A stretch of 63,288 bases of DNA, filler included, from Saprolegnia diclina VS20 (lineage: Eukaryota), in NCBI RefSeq assembly GCF_000281045.1. It is 4 parts of 3 records of this genome, joined end to end, with 100 filler letters (N's around TTAATTAATTAA, not from the genome) between each part and the next. Parts side by side here need not be neighbours in the genome. Positions count along the whole stretch, not along the records: positions 44,077 to 61,527 come from NW_008246166.1; 3 more parts are not named here. One strand, written 5' to 3'. Made by a program: the position numbers and the translations under genes. This document shows positions 48,709 to 60,463 of this stretch, piece by piece. Below the pieces are notes generated by a model that saw only the letters and a list, made by a program, of their open reading frames with translations, was not told where the DNA came from and made no database searches. The first letter of the stretch is position 1. Every line of letters starts with the position of its first letter.

Positions 48709-51555
48709 ATGTATCGCTTCCGCACCTCTGCCAAGCCCGTGCTGAAGCCGCTCATGGCGCGCCTGCAGACGACGGCGACCCCCGAGAAGCTCTTTGATAA
48801 GATCTTGATCGCGAACCGCGGCGAGATCGCTTGCCGCGTCATCAAGACCGCTCGCCGCCTGGGCATCAAGACCGTCGCCGTTTATTCGGAGCCTGATGTC
48901 AACTCGGTTGCCGTGCGCATGGCCGACGAAGCCATTTGCGTCGGGTACGTCATTCGACGCACTACGTGTGGTGCTCATGCGATGGTACTAGCCCGGCCAA
49001 GTCGGCGTCGAGCTACTTGAACATTGAGCGCATCATGGAGGCGGTCAAGCAGACGGGCGCGCAGGCCGTGCACCCGGGCTATGGCTTCTTGTCCGAAAAC
49101 AAGCTCTTCTGCGAAGCGCTGGATGAAGCCGGTGTCACCTTCATTGGCCCTGGCTTCCACGCCATTGAAGCCATGGGTGACAAGATCGAGTCCAAGCAGA
49201 TCGCGATTGACGCTGGCGTAAGGGACCTTTTGTCTGCGTCTTGCGCTCAGTCGTCGTGCGTAGGTCAACACGATCCCGGGTTTCCAAGGCGTCATCCAGG
49301 ACGAAACCGAAGCTGTCAAGGTCGCCAACGACATTGGCTACCCCGGTACTTGCGTCCGCCATACGCATCATCCTATTTTCACCCTATCATAGTCATGGTC
49401 AAGGCCAGTGCCGGTGGCGGTGGCAAGGGCATGCGCGTGGCGTACAACGACGCCGAAGTCCGCGAAGGCTACCGGTACACGCCGACGATCTCCTCGCTGA
49501 ACGTCGAGCTCACCTCCTCGTGTCTAGTCTCTCGAAGGAAGAAGCCGCCAACTCGTTCGGCGACGACCGCATGTTCATCGAAAAGTTCATTGAGGACCCG
49601 CGCCACATTGAGATCCAGCTGCTCGCGGACAAGCACGGCAACTTTGTCGCGTTCCCGGAGCGCGAGTGCTCGATCCAGCGCCGCAACCAAAAGGTCCTCC
49701 TCGATTCAATAATCCAGTGTATATATTCTGTCTCTAGGTCATCGAAGAAGCCCCGTCGATGCTGCTGGACGACGCGACGCGCCTCGCTATGGGGTAGCCT
49801 CGACTCTCAGTTGCAAATGTAGCGACTAAGATCTATGTAGTGAGCAAGCCATCATGCTCGCCAAGAAGGTCGGCTACACGTCGGCGGGTACCGTCGAGTT
49901 CCTCTGCGACAAGCACAAGAACTTTTACTTTTTGGAAATGAACACGCGCCTCCAGGTAGGCGTCTCGACTTGATTTCCATCGACTAACTAACGTTGTACT
50001 AGGTCGAGCACCCGGTGACGGAGCTCATCACTAAGGTCGACTTGGTCGAGCAAATGCTTCGCATTGCTGCGGGCCACCGCCTCCCCGAGTGGATGTCGGC
50101 CGGGCCGCTCAAGATCCACGGTACGACTCGATACATTGATAGGTTCAAGCTCATCGTGAATACGTAGGCTGGGCGATGGAGTCGCGCATGTACGCCGAGG
50201 ACCCGCTGCGTGGGTTCCTTCCGTCGATCGGCCGCCTCCTTAAGTACAGCGAGCCGCACCACTTGCCCGGCGTCCGCGTCGACTCGGGTGTGACGGAAGG
50301 CAGCGACATTAGCATGCACTACGACCCGATGATCTCCAAGCTCATTACGCACGGCAAGGACCGCAAGGAGTGCTTGGAGCGCATGAAGTTTGCGCTCGAC
50401 CACTACGTCATCCGAGGCCCGGGCCACAACGCGGCGTTCCTCCAGGACGTCTACCGCCACCCGCGCTTCGAGGCCGGCACCATCACGACCAAGTTCATCG
50501 CGGAAGAGTACCCCGACGGCTTCCACGGCGTCCAGCTCACGCCGCCCCAGAAGCGCGAGATCATTGTCGCGGGCGCCGCCATGCACATCAAGGCGCTCCA
50601 GGGTACACTCCCTCTCTGCGTATGTATTGTATCTCACCAAGCATACAATAGCGTCCCAGGCGCCGCTGGCCGCGACCAAGCCCAAGGTCTTGAAGACGCT
50701 GCCGGTCAGCGCCAACTGCGAACTCCGCCACGTCACGTCCGCGTCCAAGGGTATTCCCTTCTTGCATGGTACACACGCTCACGTTTCGATCAGTGCCCCG
50801 CTTCCAGGTCCGTCTTTTGACGCCGACCGCGTCTGTTCCGTCGGCCAAGGAGCTGGCGGCGCACATTCCCCAGTCATCGGGTACACGGTTGAATCGAAAG
50901 GGAGGGGCAACTCACTCTTTGCGTAGCGTTCGAGCTCTACGTGAGCGCGGACGGCCCGTTTGGCGACGCGACGCTCCTCAAGCTCGTGGAGCTCGAAGTC
51001 TCGGAAGACCACTTCGTCCTCTGCGCGTGGCTCGACGGTGCGATTTTGTGTTTGACTGAAACTCAAACTCAACTGTGATTAGGCGACTTTGTCGTGCTCA
51101 GCGACATTGAGTGGCCGATCAACGCGCCGCTCTTCACGGCCGAAATCTCGGACAAGGCGCGCGCGCTCCAGGTGCTGCAGGTGCTCCCCGAGGGCTTCCG
51201 CGTCCAGCACCACGGCGCGATCCACGATGTCGTCGTGCGCACGCCGAATGAGCACGCGCTGGCGTCGCACATGAAGCCCAAGCCCAAGGTCGATCTCTCG
51301 CGCTTTGTACAGTGCCCGATGCCCGGCCTCCTTGTCTCCGTGGCCGTCCAGGCCGGCGACGAAGTGCAGCTGGGCCAGGAAGTCGCGGTCGTCGAAGCCA
51401 TGAAGATGCAAAACGTCATCCGCGCCGCCAAGAAGGGTACGTACCTCGTGCTTCTCAAGCAGAGTTGGCAGTGGCTTGTAGGTGTCATCAAGTCGGTGTC
51501 GCACCAAGCCGGCGCGTCGCTCAAGGTCGACGACATCATCATGGAGTTTGAGTAG
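48709..51555 (+). CDS. PCCA: propionyl-CoA carboxylase alpha chain, mitochondrial, 14 exons
   Basis: [79 protein letters not shown]. Thirteen in-frame introns: 48945-48991, 49218-49263, 49346-49392, 49475-49527, 49694-49737, 49794-49840, 49956-50002, 50121-50167, 50603-50651, 50751-50793, 50881-50926, 51038-51082, 51437-51481. Confidence 0.93.
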
Positions 51556-52069
51556 AAGAGAAGCATGGGCTGCGTGTTATAACAGGACGAAACACTTCCG
51601 TCGTACTTTGTTATGCGCACTAGCACTCGGCGAGTGGTTCGACCCCAAGTGCTACCACCCTAATAACACCGGGTCCAACATCGAGCAATGCAGGCAGGAT
51701 ACTGTAGAACAAATCCACCGAGATGCATCTGGACAGCCAAATCCAAATCGGACAGGAAGCGATTCGGACTGATGGAGGAAGCATTGTGGCTCGAGCATTG
51801 ACCAGATCTGCAGTTGGACCAGATCCTAGCTGGGACCCAAGCTTGCACATATCAAGTTGGTTTAGCTTTGGCGCTGGATCTGCGACTTGATTTGAAGCCT
51901 CCGTCGCAACGCTTCCGCCAATCACAACGCGCCATTTCAAATCCCCATAAATCTGACCAATCACTGGCGTCCCTTTCTTCGAAAAACGATCCAGCCTGAA
52001 TGATGGTCACCAACATCCTTGGTCTCTCCACGGTCGAAGCAGTTCCGAATTCGCCACCAACCAGCCAGC

Positions 52070-52619
52070 ATGTCGCCGCTTCCTCTGTCCAAGGCCCTCA
52101 GCGTCTCGTCGGCTGCCGAGCACAAGCAGATCGCGTCTGCCGAGACGGCCGCGACGACCTTTGTCAACTGCCACATCGTGGCACCGCCCTGCGAAGAGAG
52201 CGACCGCAAGCCCATCGACTTGGTCGTCGTGCTCGACCGCTCGGGCAGCATGAGCGGCTCCAAGCTCGACTTGTGCAAGCAGACGCTCGACTTCCTCGCG
52301 CACGAGCTCTCGCCCCACGACCGCGTCTCGCTCGTGACCTACGACACGTACGTGACGACGAACCTGCGCCTGACCAAGATGACGCCGGCCGGAAAGGCGC
52401 TCCTCGCGTCCAAGGTCCAGGGCGTCCACGCCGGCTCGTGCACCAACCTCAGCGGCGGTCTCCTTGCGGGCCTTGAAGAAGTCCAGTCGTCGTCGCGGCC
52501 CGATTCAGGCGAGCCCAACCCGGTGCAGTCGGTCTTGCTGCTCACGGACGGCCTTGCCAACGCCGGCATCTCGTCGCGGAGCGGCCTCGTCGAGCTCCTC
52601 GAAGGCGTCTTGTCCAAGA
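52070..52619 (+). CDS. von Willebrand factor A domain protein, truncated by gap
   Basis: RKPIDLVVVLDRSGSMSGSKL (MIDAS DxSxS), DRVSLVTY, TNLSGGL, VLLLTDGLAN. Confidence 0.88.
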
Positions 52620-52719
52620 NNNNNNNNNNNNNNNNNNNNNNNNNNNNNNNNNNNNNNNNNNNNNNNNNNNNNNNNNNNNNNNNNNNNNNNNNNNNNNNNN
52701 NNNNNNNNNNNNNNNNNNN

Positions 52720-52814
52720 GGAGCGCGTCGGCTTCGACGCCAAAGGTCGGACCAAGTCCTCCGGCAAGCTGACGCGGCGACGCTTGAACAGCTGCCGAGA
52801 GGATCGGACGGGAC
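52720..52814. repeat. 95-bp identical repeat (second copy 59414-59508); both copies begin at a gap edge
   Basis: ggagcgcgtcggcttcgacgccaaagg...gaggatcggacgggac is identical in both places. Confidence 0.9.
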
Positions 52815-52888
52815 CGCCGCAGGTTTGTATGGGCGTGACACACCCTTACTAGTATCTCTTATATACCCTTGGTTATTCCCTTGCTGCC

Positions 52889-54400
52889 GATGGACGTCAT
52901 CGAACTCATCGCGATGCAAGTGGCATGTCCTTCGAGCCTCTCAGCGCTGCTGAGCGCCCTGCCTCCAACCGCCGTGACACCCGCGCTCGCGGCGCTTCAA
53001 GCGCTGACGCAGCAACCGACGACCGCGCGCGTCTCGTGGCCTCGCGTCACGTTCCTCTCAACAGCATCGGCCTCGACGCACGCGCATCTCACGAAGCTCG
53101 TACGCCACGGGGTTCAGATTGAGCTTGTTTTGCGCCAGCCTCGGGACATCCTCGAGGCCGCCGTGCCGCTGAGTGACCAGAGTCCACATTGCACCAACCA
53201 AACCGCTCGCGGAAGCCGACGGCGTCATGCTGCTCCTCGCTCTGGAGCGCGCGCCTCTCGAGCGCATGATAATCAACGCAGCTCGACAAGACAATGGCCG
53301 TTGGCTTGGCCACGTCATGCGGCTGCTGGCCAAGGACCGCGTTCGTGACGTTGTGCTCGTCGGAGATTCGCGGACGTCGTTGCCACCAACTGCGGACGCG
53401 GATCTGCAAGCGTGGCTGTCGTCCGGCCGATCGCTGTGCTTGCGGGGCTTGCACATCTCGGCGGCGCTCGCCGGAGCGCTGGCGCAGGCGTCCTCGCTCC
53501 AGTCACTCACCTTGGATCGCGTGCTCGGACTCTCGGGACCGGTCGTCCTGCCGGCATCGCTGACGACGTTCACGTGGGTCTTTGACGCCCGCCCATTGGC
53601 GTCTACAGCTGTGGCGGCGTCGCTTGTCTCGGCGCCTCACTTGACGCACTTGACGCTTGACGGCGGCCTCTGTCCCGATGCTGTAGCAACAGCCCTCATG
53701 GCGCTGCCCGCGCTGTCGTCGCTGCGCCTGCATGGCCTCGCGCTCTGCCACGCAGGCCGTTGTTGGTGGTGAGTTGGTGGCAAATGTAAAACTGAATTAC
53801 TTTTGTTATCCTATGAACCTAGCAAGCTTTTAACTTTAACTTTAACTATGATCTTCAATGTTGAATGTTGAAGTAGCTTGCTCCTTGATATGCACTTGAT
53901 TTCGTAAAGATGTGCAACACGACACGCTCTCCACGTCGCTTCGCGCCGCGCTACCGCAGGTCCAACACCTCGACCACTTGGACCTCGGCGGCCACCCGTT
54001 CGGAGCGTTTGCGCCGGTGCTCGCGGAGACGCTTCCGCTATGCGGTCGCTGGACGTCGCTGTCAACTACGAGCACGACCTCGACCGCGCCTTGCGCTGGC
54101 TCCTGGCCCACACGTAGTTTGTCGTAGCATTGCCGCCGCATGCGAGTAGCATCAAGCCGCAGAGCCGGACACTCGTCGATGCGATTGACGCGAGCGGCAC
54201 GGGCCACGCCTGCGCCGTCCGCCTCCACCTCCGGGACACCCCCGCCAGCGCCGTTCTCGATCCGTGCAAATGACGTGGCAGAGCCAGTTACACAACCGCG
54301 GGAAAGAGCAAGGAACGAAGCGAGCTTCGTGCGCCGCCAGTTCTTGGAGGTACGTGGAGCCAAGATCGACTTGCAAGAAAAGGTCGACAGAGAAGGGTGA
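52889..54400 (+). pseudogene. F-box-like/RNI-LRR family gene, apparently frameshifted
   Basis: LPMDVIELIA N-terminus; LRR-like SSLQSLTLD, HLTHLTLDG, ALSSLRLHG, HLDHLDLGG in different frames; frame change near 53170 without an obvious intron; AT-rich block at 53770-53910. Confidence 0.5.
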
Positions 54401-54630
54401 ATAGCCTGCCTAATAATACCAATGTCCCGCGTCGAACTTCATTTTTTTTACTTTGAAATCGCAATAGGCTGGTCAAGCTGGAGGTGCTGGCGAATCTTCA
54501 AGTTGCCCAAGAAGATACTAAATCCGTCGATCGAATCTATTTCGCTGTACACTTGATAAATGTATGCGTGAGCAAGAATTAAAATAAACGCCCCCCACCT
54601 CATTTCTTCATTGTCGACCGAGAGACAAGA

Positions 54631-54819
54631 ATGGAGCCGACGTGTGCCAACCCCAGCTGCTCTCTCGACCAAACGTTGGCTCTGCACTCTTGTCAGGCCG
54701 TTGGCTGCTCGCGTGTGACGCACTATATATGCTGTATCGATGCCGGGACCGAGGACAATGTGCTCCTCTGCTACCCCTGCAGCCGTACGCTCGACCGTTG
54801 TATCAACTGCAACGTCTAA
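54631..54819 (+). CDS. small PHD-like (C4HC3) zinc-finger ORF, 62 aa
   Basis: C-x4-C..C-x4-C-x4-H-x2-C..C-x2-C spacing in CANPSC..CQAVGCSRVTHYIC..CYPC. Confidence 0.35.
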   Translation: MEPTCANPSCSLDQTLALHSCQAVGCSRVTHYICCIDAGTEDNVLLCYPCSRTLDRCINCNV

Positions 54820-55530
54820 TCCGCCACGTAGAGGGTCGCGGCACCAATGCGGCGCCAGCATTGCTCGACCGCGGTACGATTGGCCCGTCCTCTGGTCGGT
54901 ATTAAAGCATGGCGTAGAAGCTGGCGGCGCTGGACATGCTGGCAACTAGACGATTCGGCTCGCTCGGTTTTGCGCCGGTTTTGGAGCCGTTGATGTCCGA
55001 GCCGACGGAGCGGGCCATAATGACGCACGCCCCACAGCATTAAAAGTGATCAATCTAAACATTGACGGTGACATCGAGGTCGTAGAACCATGTCGAGTAA
55101 TGGCGAAATCGGGGAAGTTAAGGCGACGTCGTGAGCTCTGGGCCAATGTGATCGACTTGCCCAATGGTGTGCGTCGTTTTGTGCACAGCGACAAGAGCAA
55201 AGAGCTTGATCCCGACCACGTCGGTGCTCAGCGAGCGAGCAAACTCTGCGGCGAAGCGCGTCTTCGAAGGACGAGACAGCCTCGGCGACAACTTGTTCAA
55301 GGCGCAGATATGTGCGCAGTCATGGCTGCCGCTTGCGAAAGTGCTGGACTTCCCGCTCCCAGACGAGCGCTCGACGGCTTGAAAACGCGCGCAAAGTCAC
55401 ACGTTGACGTCGCTCTCAAAGATAACAGAGTACGCCTCTTTGCAGCGTTGCCTTATTGTAGAATTGTTGTTGCGTTGTCTGCCCCAGCGTGCGGAATGCA
55501 AGCAAAGCACACGTCATTAGATTTGGTGCG

Positions 55531-58500
55531 TTAAAGCTTCATGCCCGCCACGTCCGCGTTCTGGACAACGTAGTAGCCAGTGGTCGACGGAGCCACACCC
55601 GTCTTGGTCATGTTGACGAACGCGTCGACCACGACGTCGCGGTTGCAGATCGTATCGAGCTCGGTGTCCGTGATCCCGCCGGTCGCTTCCTTTTGGATTG
55701 CAATGTCTTCCTTGAGCAACTCGTTGAGTTCCTCCATCGAGAGACATGTCTCCTCGAGGTTCTGCGACGAAAACGCACCACCGCTGAGCACGACACGTTC
55801 CAGCATGCGCTTGGCGTTCGCGCGCTTGATCATCCGGTTCTCAAACGAGTTTTCGACAATGAGGCGGTAGACCGCCACGTCTTTGGTCTGCCCGATGCGA
55901 TAGCAGCGGTCCTGGGCCTGGCAGTCCGCGTGCGGGTTCCAGTCCGAGTCGTAGAAGATGACCGTGTCCGCGCCCGTCAAGTTGATGCCGACGCCACCGG
56001 CGCGCGTCGAGAGCAGAAAGATCTGTAGCTCGCGTTTGGGGTCGTTGAACATGTCCATCAAGCGCTGGCGGTCGCCAAAGTGCACATTGCCGTCGAGGCG
56101 GCAAAATGTGTACGATCGTAGCGTCATGAAATCTTCGAGGATGTCGAGGACAGCAGTCATCTGGCTGAAAATGAGCACCTTGTGCTTCGCCGCGAGAAGA
56201 CGCGTGAGCATCTTGTCGAGCACAATCATCTTGCCAGACGTCTCGATGAGCGACTCGTCCGTCACAATGTCGCCGTTCGCGTTCGTACACTCGTCAAATA
56301 AGAACGGGTGGTTGCAGCACTTGCGCATCTGCATGGCGAGGTTCTTGGCCGATTCCGCGCGCATGGCTATAATTCATTGCATAAGGTGCCGCATTGGTTT
56401 GCATCAGAAAGCTTACAGGGGTTGTGCTTGCCGTGCATCTTTTGGAGCTCGGGTATGAGAGCGCGGTCCACAAGGAGCTTGTTGTAGCGTTCTTGGAGCT
56501 CCGTCATGGCGCAGTAGACGACGATCTCCGTCTTGGACGGCAGGTCAGTAAGCACGTCGCGCTTGAGGCGGCGGAGCATGAACGGCTGAAGGATCTCGCG
56601 CAGCTTCGAGACCGCTTGGGACTTTTCATGATTGTTCAGCACGTCCTGCTTGGAGATAATGTCGTTTGCCTCCGCCTTCGCGTCATCCGACAAGAACAAG
56701 CTCTGAACGTCCTCGAGTTCATGGGACGCATCGGGCGAGAGAAAGCCGAGGACGTTCGAAAGTTCGCTCAAATTGTTCTGGAGCGGCGTGCCCGTGAGCA
56801 AGAGGCGGTTCTTCGACTTTAACGCCTTGAGTGCGACCATGAGCTTGTTGTCCGCGCTCTTGAGGCAATGGGCCTCGTCAACGATGACGTACTCCCAGAC
56901 GTGACCGAGCGTCGTCAACGAGGCCGCGTCAGCCTTGATGACTTCGTACGACGTGATCATGACGAGAAATGGAGGCTTTGCTTCCTTGCGCATCGTGAGG
57001 CGCGTGGTGGAGCCATGGTACAACCAGCACTTGATCGACGGCGCAAAGCGCTTGAACTCGCGCTCCCAGTTGGTGAGCGTCGAGAGCGGCGCGACAATCA
57101 AAAACAGCCCGGCCACGCCTTGGGCCTTGAGCTGCGCAATCATGCCAATGACCTGGACCGTCTTGCCAAGGCCCATTTCGTCGGCGAGGATGCCGTTGCG
57201 ACGGTCCTTGTAGAGATTGCACATCCACTGGATACCCTCGAGCTGGTGTGAGCGCAGCGTCCCGCCCGTGAGCAAACTCGGCTGCTTGAAGCTCATTTTG
57301 GCCATCACATGCACCGCGGACGCTTCATCGACGACCTTGTGGCGCTTGGTCGGGCCTTGCTCTTCACGCTTGCGCCGCTTTTTCGAGTCCATGGACGTCG
57401 TCTCGGCCAGCGGCGCGTCAAGACGGGACTCAGAGTACGCACCCGACTTCTCGACGAGCAAGTCATCGTTGTCGTCGTCACTGGTCTCGCGCACTTGGCG
57501 GGCGCCACTGGGCGCGGCAGAGGGGCTACTGTGACCTGGGNNNNNNNNNNNNNNNNNNNNNNNNNNNNNNNNNNNNNNNNNNNNNNNNNNNNNNNNNNNN
57601 NNNNNNNNNNNNNNNNNNNNNNNNNNNNNNNNNNNNNNNNNNNNNNNNNNNNNNNNNNNNNNNNNNNNNNNNNNNNNNNNNNNNNNNNNNNNNNNNNNNN
57701 NNNNNNNNNNNNNNNNNNNNNNNNNNNNNNNNNNNNNNNNNNNNNNNNNNNNNNNNNNNNNNNNNNNNNNNNNNNNNNNNNNNNNNNNNNNNNNNNNNNN
57801 NNNNNNNNNNNNNNNNNNNNNNCTGGGCGCGGCAGAGGGGCTACTGTGACCTGGGCGCGACTCGATGCTCCAGTCGCTCGCTTGGGATGCGCTCTCCTGC
57901 ACGTTGCGGATCGTCTGGCTTTTACTCTGCTGGTCGCGCTTGACAAACTCGTCGGCAAGGCGCTCGATCTCCATTAGCTTCCGAAACATGTCCTAGCATC
58001 GCCAGTGAAGACCACCTCGCTTGGGAGACTTACGGCATGCAGCTCTTTGCGAGCGTCTTCCGACGGCTTGTTCTCGTCGGCACTACGTTCGAACACGTGA
58101 GCTCGTTGTCGTAGGCCATGCACGTACGTGAAGATCATGTCCAAGACGGTCTCGCACCACTGAAACTTGGATTGATGGAGGAACCAGTAGAGAATAACCC
58201 GCTAGATACACGTCGTTGAGATGTGAGCACGAGGTCGCTTCGTCCTACCTCGAAGCATACTTCGCAAAGCAAGAAGACAACTATGTGCATCTGTGGCTCC
58301 TTCCGCCACACTAGGAGGCTACACAGTACACGAGAATAAGAACGAGCCATCAGGAAAACACGTACTGGGTGGACCAGCCCTGCTTGTAGTACTCGGAGAC
58401 GCCTACGCGGAAGCCCGAGAAGCGAACCGCCATCGACGCGATGCACTGCGCGTGGTTGCAAGCTTCGCAGCTGGAGGAGCTCTTCTCAGCAACGTAGCGC

Positions 58501-59148
58501 ATTCTTGGGCAGTGCTCCAGCGCGTCGACGAGCTTGTCCGACCACGCGTGGAAGCCCCGGACGCTGTCTCGCCGCTGGCGCAGCGCCCGCTCCACCTAGG
58601 ACAGGGAGATATGTGAGCTGCCGCTCGTATTCTCGTGGCATACCTGCTTCTCGGCCTCGAGAAAGACCTCGTCGCGGTTGTTGGCTTGGAACGTCGGTTT
58701 CATCTACGATAGGAGCAAGTAAGAGGTTGTAGAGAGAATGCGACGCACAATGCACTTCTCCAAGTAGTCCATGTAGATGCAAAACCACTCGTAGCGGTCG
58801 CGGGACATTGCAGCGTCGGACTCGGCTGACGCTGCAACAAGAGCCTCGGCTGACGCTGCAGCAAGAGCCTCGTCATCATCGGGCTTGAAGCGCATGGCCA
58901 TCTTTTCCTTCTTCTTCTTGGGTATGGCCCAGTGCCGTTGAATGGGCCCCCGCAAGACTGGCCAAAGCCGGGACGCTGGCTTTTCTTCTTCCGAGTCGAC
59001 TTCGGTCGCAGGCTTGTCGACGTCCGAGTTCGAGTCGAGGACGTTGCGGGCCTTGCGCTGCGTCGTGCTGCTCGAGTCATCGACGTTGTACTCGGTGACC
59101 CGGCGCGGCTTCGCTATGCTCGGCCATCGCTCGGACTTTGAAGCACCC
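55531..59148 (-). CDS. SNF2-family remodeller (DDM1/LSH/HELLS-like) apparently fused to an N-terminal DUF4211 (CCDC82-like) domain; 5' end lost in gap
   Basis: Helicase motifs QPSLLTGGTLR, GILADEMGLGKT, IVDEAH, LLTGTPLQNNLSEL, RKCCNHPFLF, KVLIFSQMT, LLSTRAGGVGINL, QAQDRCYRIGQ. In-frame GT-AG introns: 58748-58704, 58643-58596, 58365-58319, 58248-58202, 58127-58083, 58033-57993, 56416-56367. The helicase call is secure; the fusion is inferred across gap 57541-57822. Confidence 0.8.
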
Positions 59149-59824
59149 NNNNNNNNNNNNNNNNNNNNNNNNNNNNNNNNNNNNNNNNNNNNNNNNNNNN
59201 NNNNNNNNNNNNNNNNNNNNNNNNNNNNNNNNNNNNNNNNNNNNNNNNNNNNNNNNNNNNNNNNNNNNNNNNNNNNNNNNNNNNNNNNNNNNNNNNNNNN
59301 NNNNNNNNNNNNNNNNNNNNNNNNNNNNNNNNNNNNNNNNNNNNNNNNNNNNNNNNNNNNNNNNNNNNNNNNNNNNNNNNNNNNNNNNNNNNNNNNNNNN
59401 NNNNNNNNNNNNNGGAGCGCGTCGGCTTCGACGCCAAAGGTCGGACCAAGTCCTCCGGCAAGCTGACGCGGCGACGCTTGAACAGCTGCCGAGAGGATCG
59501 GACGGGACGGACCATGCTTCTGGCTGCCCATCGTGAATGACCAAATGGTCAACGAAAAGTGTATCCTCTGATAACCTGTAGAAATGAATAGACTCCCATT
59601 ACAGATGTCTTATACCACGTGTGATTGATGACCAAGAGTGTTGTTCTACAACAGGTCCCTTCCGGTGTGAGCTGGTAGGAACATTTATATTGAATGCGAA
59701 GCGTTGATTAGCGGTATTGCGACGACGGCGCGTTGGCCGAGACAAAAGTCAACGCTCGACCTTCGCTGCGCTGCGGTGCGCAGACTTTTCCGGGCCAATG
59801 CGCCGTCGTCCCACCTGCGTCCCG

Positions 59825-60412
59825 TCCATCTCGGCGATCGTGTCGCCCAAGCAAGATTCTATCGGCATTTGCATCAAGGCGCCGAAGAAAGGGTCGTTTG
59901 GTGACAAGGTGTGCCACGCCGCGGCCGATGCGACGACGCTGACCGTGCTTGTCGGTGGGCCGCACGGCAAGCCGGCCGTCGACCTCGACCGGTACGACCA
60001 CGTGGTCATGATCTGCGGCGGTATTGGTGTCACGCCGATGCTGAGCGTGATGAACCAGTGCCGCGACAAGTGGGGTGAGACGCGCCGCGCCAACTTGGAA
60101 ATGCACTGGGTCGTGCGCGCGCCGGCGGATCTCTTGAGCGCCGACCGCCTCATGTTCCCGCTGCCGCATGATATTGTGTGCAAGCTCTACAGCACGGTGG
60201 CCGACGAGTCCAGCAGCCTCCTCAGCAGCACGGGCGAGACCGTACACTACGTCCGTGGCAAGCCGATTCTGGACGAGGTCATCAACCACGAGCGGTTCCT
60301 GGGGAAGAAGGTGTGCGTACTCGCGTGCGGCCCACCGGGTCTCGTGGCCGACGTCCAGCGCCACGCGCGGTCGGTCAACGTCGACTTCCACAAAGAAGTT
60401 TTTTTGTTCTAG
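59825..60412 (+). pseudogene. ferric reductase/NADPH oxidase-like FAD/NAD-binding C-terminal fragment, 5'-truncated
   Basis: LVGGPHG, YDHVVMICGGIGVTPMLS, HWVVR, VRGKP, VLACGPPGL, DFHKEVFLF-stop; no transmembrane heme domain visible in the ~300 bp upstream. Confidence 0.7.
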
Positions 60413-60463
60413 CGCCATTTAGATCTTATATACGAAACTGATAATTTGATACAGTTTCCACGC

